From Candidatus Saccharimonadota bacterium (GTDB taxonomy: Bacteria > Patescibacteriota > Saccharimonadia > Saccharimonadales > Saccharimonadaceae), in NCBI GenBank assembly GCA_017431725.1, contig JAFRKN010000003.1, positions 25,912 through 89,911 of the forward strand: a stretch of 64,000 nt of DNA, in the 5' to 3' direction. Shown here in pieces: positions 1-8,780 of the stretch. Each line of letters opens with the position of its first letter. The stretch's first letter is position 1. The position numbers were made by a program, and so were the translations under genes. Below the pieces are notes generated by a model, which had not been told where the DNA came from, made no database searches, and saw only the letters and a program-made list of their open reading frames with translations.

Positions 1-710
1 AACAATTCATCAATTTTTTCATCTTGGGCTAGCCCCATAGCCGAAATTACTAAGTCTTTGGTGATTTCCGAATTGGACAATGTAGAAATTTGGTCTAAAA
101 GCGACAAAGAATCTCTAAATGAGCCCCCTCCCCTTTTTGCAATAATTTTTAAAGCTTCATCACTGATCTTGATTTTTTCCTTTTCGGCAATTTTTTTCAA
201 AAAATCAAACATAATTTTTGGATTTGCCAACTTAAAAGTATAAATTTGCGCTCTTGAAGTAATTGTCACTGGAACTTTATAGGCGTCAGTCGTTGCCATA
301 ATAAAAATGATATGTTTTGGTGGCTCTTCGAGAATTTTGAGAAGCGCATTAAAAGCTTCTTTAGTTAACATATGAACTTCATCAATAATATATATTTTAT
401 ATTTACCACTAGTTGGTGCGATTAAAGCTTTTTCGCGTAATTCCCTAATATTATCAATTCCACGGTTGCTTGCCCCATCGATTTCTATAATATCAACATA
501 ATTATCCTCAACCGCATATTCAAATCCGTTCACTTCATGTGCCAAAATTCTTGCTACGCTAGTTTTTCCGCATCCTCTTGGCCCTACAAAAAGATAGGCA
601 TGACTAATCTTCCCCTGCTCTAAAGAATTTGACAGCAACGTTGTTACTTGCTCCTGCCCTACCACCTCGCTTAATTTAAGCGGCCGATATTTTCTATATA
701 AACTCTTCAT
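1..710 (-). CDS. dnaX: DNA polymerase III subunit gamma/tau (3' end runs off the window; not in ORF track)
   Basis: Manual translation from ATG at 710: MKSLYRKYRP...HAYLFVGPRGCGKTS (Walker A)...EIDGASNRGID...IIDEVHML. Confidence 0.96.
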   Translation of the reverse strand, partial: MKSLYRKYRPLKLSEVVGQEQVTTLLSNSLEQGKISHAYLFVGPRGCGKTSVARILAHEVNGFEYAVEDNYVDIIEIDGASNRGIDNIRELREKALIAPTSGKYKIYIIDEVHMLTKEAFNALLKILEEPPKHIIFIMATTDAYKVPVTITSRAQIYTFKLANPKIMFDFLKKIAEKEKIKISDEALKIIAKRGGGSFRDSLSLLDQISTLSNSEITKDLVISAMGLAQDEKIDEL

Positions 711-789
711 GTATTATATATATTATATCACGCTGTATATTGATAGAGCGAGTGCAAAAAACCGCCGAGATGGCGGATTTTAACATAAA

Positions 790-1308
790 TTATAAAGCGG
801 CTTCTACGGCTGCCCATGTAGCCTCATCATTTTTCGCTGGTATCGTAGCAGAAACCTGCGCCCCTTCCTTTAATCTAAAATAAGTCACTGAAGCATAAAG
901 AATCTGATATTCTTTGCCGGCTACTTCTACATAATATTTATCGTCATGGTGAGTCAAGGTCCCGATTACAGTTTTACGCTCAACCGGCCCAATTTGTTTG
1001 TACAAAAATTTCCCGTCATCAGTAATTGTTAGCTTCATAATGTCACCCTCAACCAACTTGGACTTAGAAGCATAGTTGGCGGGCACTGGATAATTTTTGC
1101 CATCCGGACCAATCATAATTTGCCCATCAAAAATTCCTTCTATGACCTTTCCTTCTGGACCAGAGACTACCGTGTCTCTAGGAGCAGCTATAGTCTCCCC
1201 ATCACCAATAATAGAAATTAATAATTCTTTTGCAGCCGACAAATTCGTCTCTGCCTCACTCAACAGACTCCTCAGCCTCTTTATTTGTTTTTCTGGTATT
1301 TCAGACAT
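790..1308 (-). CDS. Conserved hypothetical protein (CPR-type family)
   Basis: Open frame in ORF track (790..1386). ATG at 1308 follows a GAGGTG SD. A terminator-like hairpin (AAAAACCGCC/GGCGGATTT) lies at ~766-781. Confidence 0.7.
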   Translation of the reverse strand: MSEIPEKQIKRLRSLLSEAETNLSAAKELLISIIGDGETIAAPRDTVVSGPEGKVIEGIFDGQIMIGPDGKNYPVPANYASKSKLVEGDIMKLTITDDGKFLYKQIGPVERKTVIGTLTHHDDKYYVEVAGKEYQILYASVTYFRLKEGAQVSATIPAKNDEATWAAVEAAL

Positions 1309-1434
1309 CACCTCGCATTCCTGCCTAAATATAGTATTAATATTATAATATATCTGTAAGCTCACAAAGTCAAGCTTTTTTAACAAAAGTTTTCCACCAA
1401 AATCACATCGGTCCCATTAAAAATGTTGTAAAAA

Positions 1435-2493
1435 TTACATTTTTTCAGATTTCCAAAGTCCAGTATGTCTTTTTCCGTCAAAAATCATGGTTGGAATACC
1501 TTTGACTTTCAATATATTTTCGACAATATTGCGATTTTCTGACATTTTTGTAGCAATTTCTGGATATTCCGTGATTTGACGAATTTCCGCAATAGCTCCT
1601 TCATCTAGACCAGCCTCATTTAACCACTGTTCAATCTTATTTATCGCTTGTTCTGCGGTATAATCTTCGTTAAATTTGTTTTGATAGGATATTCCCTCAC
1701 TATTTTTGTCCATAAATATGTGATCTATAATTTCGAGCGATAAACCTGAGCGTATTTGCTCAGCCGCAAACATATATTTTACTATAATCTCTGAATTTTT
1801 AAATTTATAAGCTCCGTCAGCATCTTGAATAGCAAATGGCACCAAACGAACATTATAAGAATCAAAGAAACCAGCTTCTTTTTGGTTTCGATATGAAATC
1901 ATACAGACTGAACAGCCTGGATCAAAAATATCCACTGCAATTGACAGATCTGGTTGTTCTGTTGTGTTGATGGCAATATAATTAAAGTCATAATCCCTGG
2001 CATCATAAGTTTTAAATTTATCGGGGATAGCTTCAAAAATTTCTCCCCATTCCGTAAACCATCTACCAGTAGCTTCAAATATATTAGAAGGTTCGCTTTC
2101 ATCAATTGAACAGATTTCTGCTCCCATTGAGCAAGCCGAAGGTTTTGTCACATTGCAACTTCCGAGCGCCCAAAGTGCCAACAATGATTTTATTGCTGTT
2201 AGAATTGCCCAAACTGCCACTATTACTATGACGACAGATAAAATTTCAATAGTCACAGAAAGTGGCTTGGTCCACTTAGGGTGTTTAATAATTACTCGAC
2301 TCAGTAAAGTGTTTTTTACATCGTCTTTAAATCCAGTTTCACATTTTTGTAAACGCACCTTCTTCCATAAACACCCCCAAGCCTTCTTAAACATTTTAAG
2401 ATAAGCCTTACCTACTTTTGGCTTAAAAATTGAAATTATTGCGACGAATATTCCGATAATCGCCAAAATAATAAACGCAGCTATACACACCAT
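1435..2493 (-). CDS. Membrane-anchored thioredoxin/DsbA-fold protein with Cys-rich N-terminal region
   Basis: Two hydrophobic segments, FDPGCSVC (CxxC) and C-terminal VKGIPTMIFDG (cis-Pro loop of DsbA fold). Confidence 0.7.
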   Translation of the reverse strand: MVCIAAFIILAIIGIFVAIISIFKPKVGKAYLKMFKKAWGCLWKKVRLQKCETGFKDDVKNTLLSRVIIKHPKWTKPLSVTIEILSVVIVIVAVWAILTAIKSLLALWALGSCNVTKPSACSMGAEICSIDESEPSNIFEATGRWFTEWGEIFEAIPDKFKTYDARDYDFNYIAINTTEQPDLSIAVDIFDPGCSVCMISYRNQKEAGFFDSYNVRLVPFAIQDADGAYKFKNSEIIVKYMFAAEQIRSGLSLEIIDHIFMDKNSEGISYQNKFNEDYTAEQAINKIEQWLNEAGLDEGAIAEIRQITEYPEIATKMSENRNIVENILKVKGIPTMIFDGKRHTGLWKSEKM

Positions 2494-2511
2494 AATATAT
2501 TTATATTAGCA

Positions 2512-3675
2512 CTAGTAAATTATTTTTTCCATGATTTTTTTGACTTTTTCAATGTCTTCTGGGCGATTATGTAACCCCAAAGAAAATCGTATCAAAGGGG
2601 GATATTTTGAGACATGATCGAGATAATAATGCGCACAAAAATAACCAGTTCTCGCCATAATGTTTTCTCTACTCAGTGCATTGCCGAGCAGATGTGAATC
2701 AACCCCGTCAACATAAAAGGATATCGTTGGATTTACCTCACGATTAACTAAACAAACTTTTTCGGATGCAGACAAAAAAGTATATAATTCTTCAGCATTA
2801 TTTTTTAAATTATTCCAAGCAACTTTCGGCAATTTTTCCAACCAATCCAATGCAGCTCCTAATCCCACAATTTCTCCCCAAGCTTGTAAGCCAGATTCAA
2901 ATCTTGTATAGCGATGCTCTTTATTCTCGGCTGACAATAAATATGAAGTTTCTTTAACATCGTCAACCATACCACCACCAATAAATCCTTCTTCTAGTTT
3001 TGTCATTAAATCGTCGCGCCACACGATTACGCCAAGTGATGGAGCATATAATTTATGCGCCGAAAAACAAATTGCATCAACTTCTATTCCGCGCAGAATA
3101 TCCACAGAATGAGCCATTGCTTGCGCTGCATCAATAATAATAATTCCGCCCTCTTTGTGCACTTTTTTCACAATATCTTTAATGTTCAACAATTTTCGTC
3201 CATCAAAATTCGAGGCACAGTTAATCACTACGATAGCGTCGGAAAAATCATAGGCGCTTGAATTTATCGAACCATCTATATCTCTTTTCATTACTTCGCG
3301 CGGTAGTCCCGTTTTTTTTGAAAATGCCATCGTTGCTAAAAATGGTGAATTATGCTCAATTTCACTCGTCATCACTTTTTTAAATTGATTGGCTTTTATC
3401 TGTGACAGAATCAAATTAATCCCGTAAGTTGTATTTAAAGTAAATGAGACCGTATATTTTCGTCCTGATAACTTTAAAAACTTCAAAACTTTTTCCCGTG
3501 TTGCTTCAACTTTTTCATCCGTCACTATTCCCCATTTATATTTCACTCGCTCTCCACAAGAATTATACTCAGTGTAATAAGCATTAATTGCTTCAATTAC
3601 TGGACGCGGGCGCAAACTCTGGCACGCGCTATCTAGATAAACTTGCCCCTCGCTTAAATAATCAAAATCGTTCAT
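2512..3675 (-). CDS. Class V PLP aminotransferase, SufS-type cysteine desulfurase-like
   Basis: YLDSA, IDAAQ, FSAHK (PLP lysine), RTGYFCAH (resembles group II RxGHHCA). Confidence 0.85.
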   Translation of the reverse strand: MNDFDYLSEGQVYLDSACQSLRPRPVIEAINAYYTEYNSCGERVKYKWGIVTDEKVEATREKVLKFLKLSGRKYTVSFTLNTTYGINLILSQIKANQFKKVMTSEIEHNSPFLATMAFSKKTGLPREVMKRDIDGSINSSAYDFSDAIVVINCASNFDGRKLLNIKDIVKKVHKEGGIIIIDAAQAMAHSVDILRGIEVDAICFSAHKLYAPSLGVIVWRDDLMTKLEEGFIGGGMVDDVKETSYLLSAENKEHRYTRFESGLQAWGEIVGLGAALDWLEKLPKVAWNNLKNNAEELYTFLSASEKVCLVNREVNPTISFYVDGVDSHLLGNALSRENIMARTGYFCAHYYLDHVSKYPPLIRFSLGLHNRPEDIEKVKKIMEKIIY

Positions 3676-3692
3676 ATAATTAATTATACATC

Positions 3693-3812
3693 AAAAAAAC
3701 TGGAAATAATACTTTAAGGGGCTTCCGGAGGTTACGACCGAGGATGAGGGCGTGAGCCCCGTGACGACGGGCGCGAACGACCCGTCCCCGAAAAGTATTA
3801 TTCCAGTTTTTT
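3693..3812. repeat. ~120-bp palindromic element, intergenic copy
   Basis: Arms AAAAAAACTGGAAATAATACTTT and AAAAGTATTATTCCAGTTTTTT are near-perfect inverted repeats. The GC-rich core GAGCCCCGTGACGACGGGCGCGA (3754-3776) matches 63235-63257 at 22/23 nt. Confidence 0.9.
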
Positions 3813-3844
3813 AAAAATAGAACAATTAGCTAACTTTTAAATTT

Positions 3845-4228
3845 TTAGGCAAGCTCGACAGTTGCACCAGCTTCTTCAAGTGCTTTCTTCATTGCTTCAG
3901 CATCAGCCTTAGCGACTTTTTCTTTAACGGTGGCAGGAGCTCCGTCTACAATAGCCTTAGCTTCGCCAAGACCAAGCCCGGTAGCTTCCTTCACGGCCTT
4001 AATTACTGCGATTTTTTGCGCACCAGCGTCTTTCAAAACGACGTCATATTCGCTTTTACCTTCATCAGCAGCTTCACCAGCTTCTGCCGCTGGTCCAGCT
4101 GCAACCGCTACAGCAGCAGCGGCTGGCTCAATACCGTATTCGTCCTTGAGGACATTTTTTAATTCGTTGACTTCGAGAACAGTTAATTTAACTAGTTCTT
4201 CGGCTAATTTTTTAATATCTGTAGCCAT
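3845..4228 (-). CDS. rplL: 50S ribosomal protein L7/L12
   Basis: LTVLEVNEL, Ala-rich hinge, KIAVIKAVK...GLGEAK. Confidence 0.98.
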   Translation of the reverse strand: MATDIKKLAEELVKLTVLEVNELKNVLKDEYGIEPAAAAVAVAAGPAAEAGEAADEGKSEYDVVLKDAGAQKIAVIKAVKEATGLGLGEAKAIVDGAPATVKEKVAKADAEAMKKALEEAGATVELA

Positions 4229-4256
4229 AATCTATCCTTTCAATTATTAGATGTTA

Positions 4257-4778
4257 CTAATTTGCATGTGCTTCAAGTCCAGAAATAATTCCTGGAAGTC
4301 CACCAGTCAGCCCAGAAATAGAATCTGTGACTGGTGAAAGAAGTTGCGCCACCACTTGCGCAATAAGCTCGTTTTTACTCGGCATCGCCGCAAGACTTTT
4401 CACTTCCTCTTCCGAAAGTGCTTTACCAAGATCCGAAAACCCGCCAACTAGACTGAGTGCATTGTGTTTTTTTGCAAAATCCGCTAAAACCTTAGCTGGT
4501 GCAACTTCATCTTCATTAGAAACCGCATAAAGCAGTTGCCCAGTTAGACCAGTAGTATCCGTATCTTTGTAAACCGCAATTTGACCCATTGCGACTCGGA
4601 CTAAACGATTTTTTACAACTTTGATTTTTACACCCATTTCTCGTGCCAGTTTTCGTAATTCTTGGAGCTCTGCCACGGTTAAACCCTGGTACTTAGCATA
4701 AACCGTAGTTTTTGCATTAGAAAGAAGCTCTGTCAAATCAGCAACCAATTCATTCTTTTTATCCTTTGAAATTGGCAT
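4257..4778 (-). CDS. rplJ: 50S ribosomal protein L10
   Basis: YQGLTVAELQELRK, KVVKNRL; directly upstream of rplL. Confidence 0.96.
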   Translation of the reverse strand: MPISKDKKNELVADLTELLSNAKTTVYAKYQGLTVAELQELRKLAREMGVKIKVVKNRLVRVAMGQIAVYKDTDTTGLTGQLLYAVSNEDEVAPAKVLADFAKKHNALSLVGGFSDLGKALSEEEVKSLAAMPSKNELIAQVVAQLLSPVTDSISGLTGGLPGIISGLEAHAN

Positions 4779-4856
4779 TCTAAGTTCCTTTGGTTAAATT
4801 TAATACTTGGTTAGCTAATTGTTAAATAGCGTCACCAAATAAAATTATAAGAAATT

Positions 4857-4902
4857 TCCTCGGCGACATGATTAAGAGCAAAACTCCGTCGCTGTCTTTG
4901 GT
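4857..4902 (-). promoter_or_regulatory. L10 leader (autoregulatory RNA) candidate
   Basis: Minus strand CCAAAGACAGCGAC...TTAA...GTCGCCGAGG upstream of rplJ resembles the AGACAG...CGAGG L10-leader pattern. Confidence 0.75.
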
Positions 4903-4944
4903 AACTTTCTTAATTATAACACACAACTTAAATTTCGGCAATAT

Positions 4945-5529
4945 TTAATCTACATGTTTGGTTGTAGCAAACTGGAAAATTGCCCCTAGCACGGCAAAAG
5001 CCCCAATCATTGGAAAATACAAAATGTTCCAATCAAGAACTGGGAAAATATTCAAAATTGCTATAGTTAAAGCATAGCCACCGGCTAAAGCAGTAGCAAT
5101 GATAATAGCTGGTTTTATCATAGCCGTAGCCGCAGCTGCTGCAACTACGCCGATGATTGCCCCCACGGCGAGTGTTGGTATATCAGTCCCAAAATATTGC
5201 ACTGTAATTAGCATTACGAGAAAGAAACAAATTCCCGCTACGCAAATTTTTTCAATCGAGAATCCTAGCAGGGCCAAAAGCAGCCCTCCGGCAATCGGTA
5301 ACAAAATTTGATAAAGTTGTTCTCCAGCAATTTGCGGTACCGCTCCGTTAATCATTGGCATCAAAAACATCATTAAATTATAACCAATCAAAAACCAAAT
5401 AATGAAAAAAGCGATTTTTTTAATGCGATATCCAAACAGCAGCACCGCTAGCCCCAACGCCGCCATAATTAATAGTTCGTAAAGTTCCATCCCCCTAAAT
5501 TTTGCTTTGATTTGTTCTAAATATTCCAT
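4945..5529 (-). CDS. Polytopic membrane protein, DUF4203-like
   Basis: About 6-7 TM segments; LGLAVLLFGYRIKK pattern. Confidence 0.6.
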   Translation of the reverse strand: MEYLEQIKAKFRGMELYELLIMAALGLAVLLFGYRIKKIAFFIIWFLIGYNLMMFLMPMINGAVPQIAGEQLYQILLPIAGGLLLALLGFSIEKICVAGICFFLVMLITVQYFGTDIPTLAVGAIIGVVAAAAATAMIKPAIIIATALAGGYALTIAILNIFPVLDWNILYFPMIGAFAVLGAIFQFATTKHVD

Positions 5530-5584
5530 AAGCCCATTATATCACAAGCTATATTTCTTGCGAAAAGGAATAATCAACAATTTT

Positions 5585-6535
5585 TTAGTTATAAAGATTT
5601 TCGATTTGAATTGACGGCCCCATTGTAGTAGTAACAAATACCGACTTAACATAAGAACCCTTAATTGAAGCTGGTTTTTGCGCTTTTAAACTATCAAAGA
5701 AAGCGGTAGCATTTTCAAGTAATTTATCTGTTCCAAAAGATAATTTACCCACGCCAATATGGACAATTGCCTGCTTATCTACCCGATATTCAACTTTGCC
5801 TGCTTTCGATTCTTTTACGGCTTTTTCAACATCCATAGTTACTGTTCCAGCTTTTGGATTTGGCATCAAACCTTTTGGCCCGAGTAGCCTAGCGTATTTA
5901 CCTAATTTTGGCATATATTGAGGAGTAGAAATTAATACGTCGAAATTTATTACACCTTTTTCAAGCTGTTTCAAAAATTCTTCATCTTCTGCAATATCGG
6001 CGCCAGTAGCTTTTGCGGTTTTACAAACATCAATCGGTGCAAATACTGCTACACGTACGGTTTTTCCGCTACCATTAGGAAGTACAATAGTAGTGCGAAT
6101 ATTTTGGTCGGCTTGACGTGGATCAACACCAAGTCTGGCGTGTATTTCGAGCGAAGCATCAAATTTTGCTGGGTTACTCTTTATAGCTAAATCAATAGCG
6201 TCTTTCAAGCTATAAGCCTTAGTTTTATCAATTAATTTAGCAACTTCTTGGTATTTCTTGCCACGCCTTTCGATGCGTGGGCGAGTGATTGGTGTAGCGC
6301 CTTTTGGTTTTTCAGCTGCCTCCGCTGCTTTTCTCTCAACTTTGCGAGCTTGTCTTTCCTCTTCAGCTTTTACTTCTTCGATATGTTTTTTGGATTTTTT
6401 ACCAGATTTAGCGTATTTTTCTGGCTCTTCTGCCTTAGCTTCCACTACTTCGGTAGATTCTTTTACATTTTTTTCTTTAACTACCTCTTCAGTAGTCTCA
6501 GCATTTTCTAAGTTTTTGACCTCTTCTTCGGCCAT
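5585..6535 (-). CDS. rplA: 50S ribosomal protein L1 with long charged N-terminal extension
   Basis: [39 protein letters not shown]; about 85 extra N-terminal E/K-rich residues. Confidence 0.97.
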   Translation of the reverse strand: MAEEEVKNLENAETTEEVVKEKNVKESTEVVEAKAEEPEKYAKSGKKSKKHIEEVKAEEERQARKVERKAAEAAEKPKGATPITRPRIERRGKKYQEVAKLIDKTKAYSLKDAIDLAIKSNPAKFDASLEIHARLGVDPRQADQNIRTTIVLPNGSGKTVRVAVFAPIDVCKTAKATGADIAEDEEFLKQLEKGVINFDVLISTPQYMPKLGKYARLLGPKGLMPNPKAGTVTMDVEKAVKESKAGKVEYRVDKQAIVHIGVGKLSFGTDKLLENATAFFDSLKAQKPASIKGSYVKSVFVTTTMGPSIQIENLYN

Positions 6536-6546
6536 AATTTCCTTTC

Positions 6547-6575
6547 TGTGGTTCTATCGGGAAACCCCTCCCACA
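6547..6575 (-). promoter_or_regulatory. L1-binding autoregulatory leader candidate
   Basis: Minus strand TGTGGGAGG...GAACCACA just before the rplA SD. Upstream promoter TTGCTT-17-TATAAT. Confidence 0.7.
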
Positions 6576-6650
6576 ATTATTTACTCTATTATTATACTAA
6601 AAATTCTATAAAAAAGCAATAAGGGAGACTAAAAGTCTCCCTATTGGAGG

Positions 6651-7214
6651 TTAAGAAGTTTTATCGAGATCCATTAATAAGATCTTGACTTTTGAGAGTA
6701 CTTCGCACTGTTTTTCCAGTCGCTTCTCTCTCGCTCGGTAATTTTCTGTATAACCGTTAGTCATCGGGTATCTCCGAATACAAGATTCAATTTCTTTAAT
6801 TGAATCTTGTATCTTTGAAAAAAGAACATTCTGTTCTTTTTCAACACGGACGTCATATACAGCTTGTCTTCTTTCTGGGAGAGAAAAACCGAAAATTATT
6901 TTTTTGACTTTTGTAAGCGCAGCTTCTCTTTTGAGTTTCAGCTCCTCGAATGATATTCTATCTCCAGAATACCCTTCGATGAAATTTCTCGATTTAGACA
7001 AGGTATAGATTGTCCTGAGTTTAGAATTATAGAATCCATCGCTACAGAACTTCTCATACCCACGATGAGATTTAGGAATGCCAAGCTTTCCTGCTGCCCA
7101 CAACCAGACCTCATGCTCATTCATAATTTGGTCGTAGCTTTTCCAGAAAGCTAACAGCTCCTCTATCTCCTGCCTTCTTGAGTCTTCTAAAGGTTCAGCC
7201 TTACTTTTTGTCAT
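6651..7214 (-). CDS. Hypothetical protein inserted between rplK and rplA
   Basis: Open frame; ATG at 7214 with AGGAGGGG SD; own promoter; terminator AGGGAGAC/GTCTCCCT at 6622-6642. Confidence 0.7.
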   Translation of the reverse strand: MTKSKAEPLEDSRRQEIEELLAFWKSYDQIMNEHEVWLWAAGKLGIPKSHRGYEKFCSDGFYNSKLRTIYTLSKSRNFIEGYSGDRISFEELKLKREAALTKVKKIIFGFSLPERRQAVYDVRVEKEQNVLFSKIQDSIKEIESCIRRYPMTNGYTENYRAREKRLEKQCEVLSKVKILLMDLDKTS

Positions 7215-7245
7215 AATACCCCTCCTTTGTAAAGCATATACTACT

Positions 7246-7294
7246 ATTATATCATACATAACAAAAAAAGTCAAGCTTTTTACGCTTGACTTTT
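7246..7294 (-). promoter_or_regulatory. Sigma70 promoter overlapping the rplK terminator hairpin
   Basis: TTGACT (7274-7269), 17 bp, TGn-TATAAT (7251-7246). The -35 lies in one arm of the AAAAGTCAAGC/GCTTGACTTTT hairpin. Confidence 0.75.
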
Positions 7295-7314
7295 AAGAGG
7301 ATTCAATCTGTAGA

Positions 7315-7743
7315 CTATTCAACTACTTCAACACCCATTGAACGAGCTGTCCCCGCTACAATCTTAATTGCTCCTTCAATATTAACAGCATTTAGTTGGT
7401 CCATTTTCTTTTCAGCAATTTCTTGAAGCTGCGCCTTTGTAATCTTGCCAACTTTATCAACATTCGGCTTGCCTGAACCTTTATCAATCTTAATTGCTTC
7501 ACGAATTAAATCATCTACTGGCTGGCCCAATGATTTCCAATCAAAAGTTCGGTCCTCAAAAACTCGAATATGGACAATTACATTCTTCCCCATTAAATCT
7601 TTAGTTTTTTCATTGAATGGGTTAATGAAATCCATCATATTTAGGCCCCACTGACCGAGCGTCGAACCTACCGGAGGACCAGCTGTCGCTCGGCCTGCCG
7701 GAATTCGGAGTTTTAGATTTCCAATTACCTTTTTTTCTGCCAT
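7315..7743 (-). CDS. rplK: 50S ribosomal protein L11
   Basis: AGRATAGPPVGSTLGQ, GTARSMGVEV. Confidence 0.98.
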   Translation of the reverse strand: MAEKKVIGNLKLRIPAGRATAGPPVGSTLGQWGLNMMDFINPFNEKTKDLMGKNVIVHIRVFEDRTFDWKSLGQPVDDLIREAIKIDKGSGKPNVDKVGKITKAQLQEIAEKKMDQLNAVNIEGAIKIVAGTARSMGVEVVE

Positions 7744-7784
7744 GATATCTAAATACCTTTCTAGTGCGTAACATTATAATTATA

Positions 7785-8330
7785 TCACAATTGCTTTACT
7801 TGTAAAGCGTCGAGCTCAACTGGCGTTTCGCGTCCAAACATCGAAACCATCACCTTAAGTTTACCTTTAGCAGCATCAATTTCTGAAATTGAACCGTCGA
7901 AACCCTTAAATGGCCCATCCGTAATTGAAACAACTTCTCCGACCTCATATTTAACTGAGAATTTCGGGTCTTCAACACCCATACGCTTCTTAATTTTCGC
8001 AATTTCTTTTTCTGAAACTGGCGTTGGCTGTGTTCCGGTGCCAATAAATCCAGTCACACCAGGCGTATTGCGAATAATATACCAAGTTTCATCCGATAGT
8101 TTCATATCTACCAAGACATAACCTTGTAAAATCTTACGATCCACAATCTTTCGCTTGCCGTTTTTAATCTCGATTTGCTTTTCTTTTGGTACAATCGCCT
8201 CAAAAATTTTATCGGCCATTTCTACCGTGTTAGTTCTCTGGTTGATGCTATCTGCCACTTTATCCTCGTAACCACTGTAAGTCGAGATAGCATACCAAGC
8301 TCTTGTATCATCATATCTGTTTACTGCCAT
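7785..8330 (-). CDS. nusG: Transcription termination/antitermination factor NusG
   Basis: WYAISTYSGYEDKV, RNTPGVTGF, KOW motif ITDGPF, MFGRETPVEL. Confidence 0.98.
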   Translation of the reverse strand: MAVNRYDDTRAWYAISTYSGYEDKVADSINQRTNTVEMADKIFEAIVPKEKQIEIKNGKRKIVDRKILQGYVLVDMKLSDETWYIIRNTPGVTGFIGTGTQPTPVSEKEIAKIKKRMGVEDPKFSVKYEVGEVVSITDGPFKGFDGSISEIDAAKGKLKVMVSMFGRETPVELDALQVKQL

Positions 8331-8340
8331 TTTTATCTCC

Positions 8341-8718
8341 TTATCCTAAAATTAAATTAAATAACCATGAAAAGAACAAATCTAATAATGAAATTATCAT
8401 TACGAAGAGAGCAGTATAAACTAATACTGCAAGCACCATTTTCCAGGTAGTTTTTCGATTCGGCCAACGTACTTGGCGCAGTTCTTGCCAAGAATCTCTC
8501 AAATATCTAAAGAAAGCTACGAATGGTCGAAACAATATAAAAATCTTTTTATCAGATTTATCTTTCGCAATATCTTTTTCAGCCTTTTTCTTTTTTTGGC
8601 GACTAACTTTTTCTTCTTTTTTATCTTTTACCACAACTTTTTGTCTAGTAATCTTTGGCTCGTCTGACTTTTCCTCCTTTGGAGAATCGCTTGCCTTTAT
8701 TCTTGTTATTTTCGCCAT
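8341..8718 (-). CDS. secE: Preprotein translocase SecE
   Basis: ELRQVRWP motif plus single C-terminal TM; upstream of nusG. Confidence 0.93.
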   Translation of the reverse strand: MAKITRIKASDSPKEEKSDEPKITRQKVVVKDKKEEKVSRQKKKKAEKDIAKDKSDKKIFILFRPFVAFFRYLRDSWQELRQVRWPNRKTTWKMVLAVLVYTALFVMIISLLDLFFSWLFNLILG

Positions 8719-8780
8719 TTCGCTCCTTTTTTTAATTCTATCATTAAAAAAAGTCTGATACCAGACTTGTCAAGAGTATA

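Noticed and set aside
58-243. Short opposite-strand ORFs in the track (e.g. 58..243, 3930..4250, 6258..6611, 14289..14666, 42690..43016, 63083..63373)
   Set aside because: They are shadows of well-supported genes, with no motifs or start signals.
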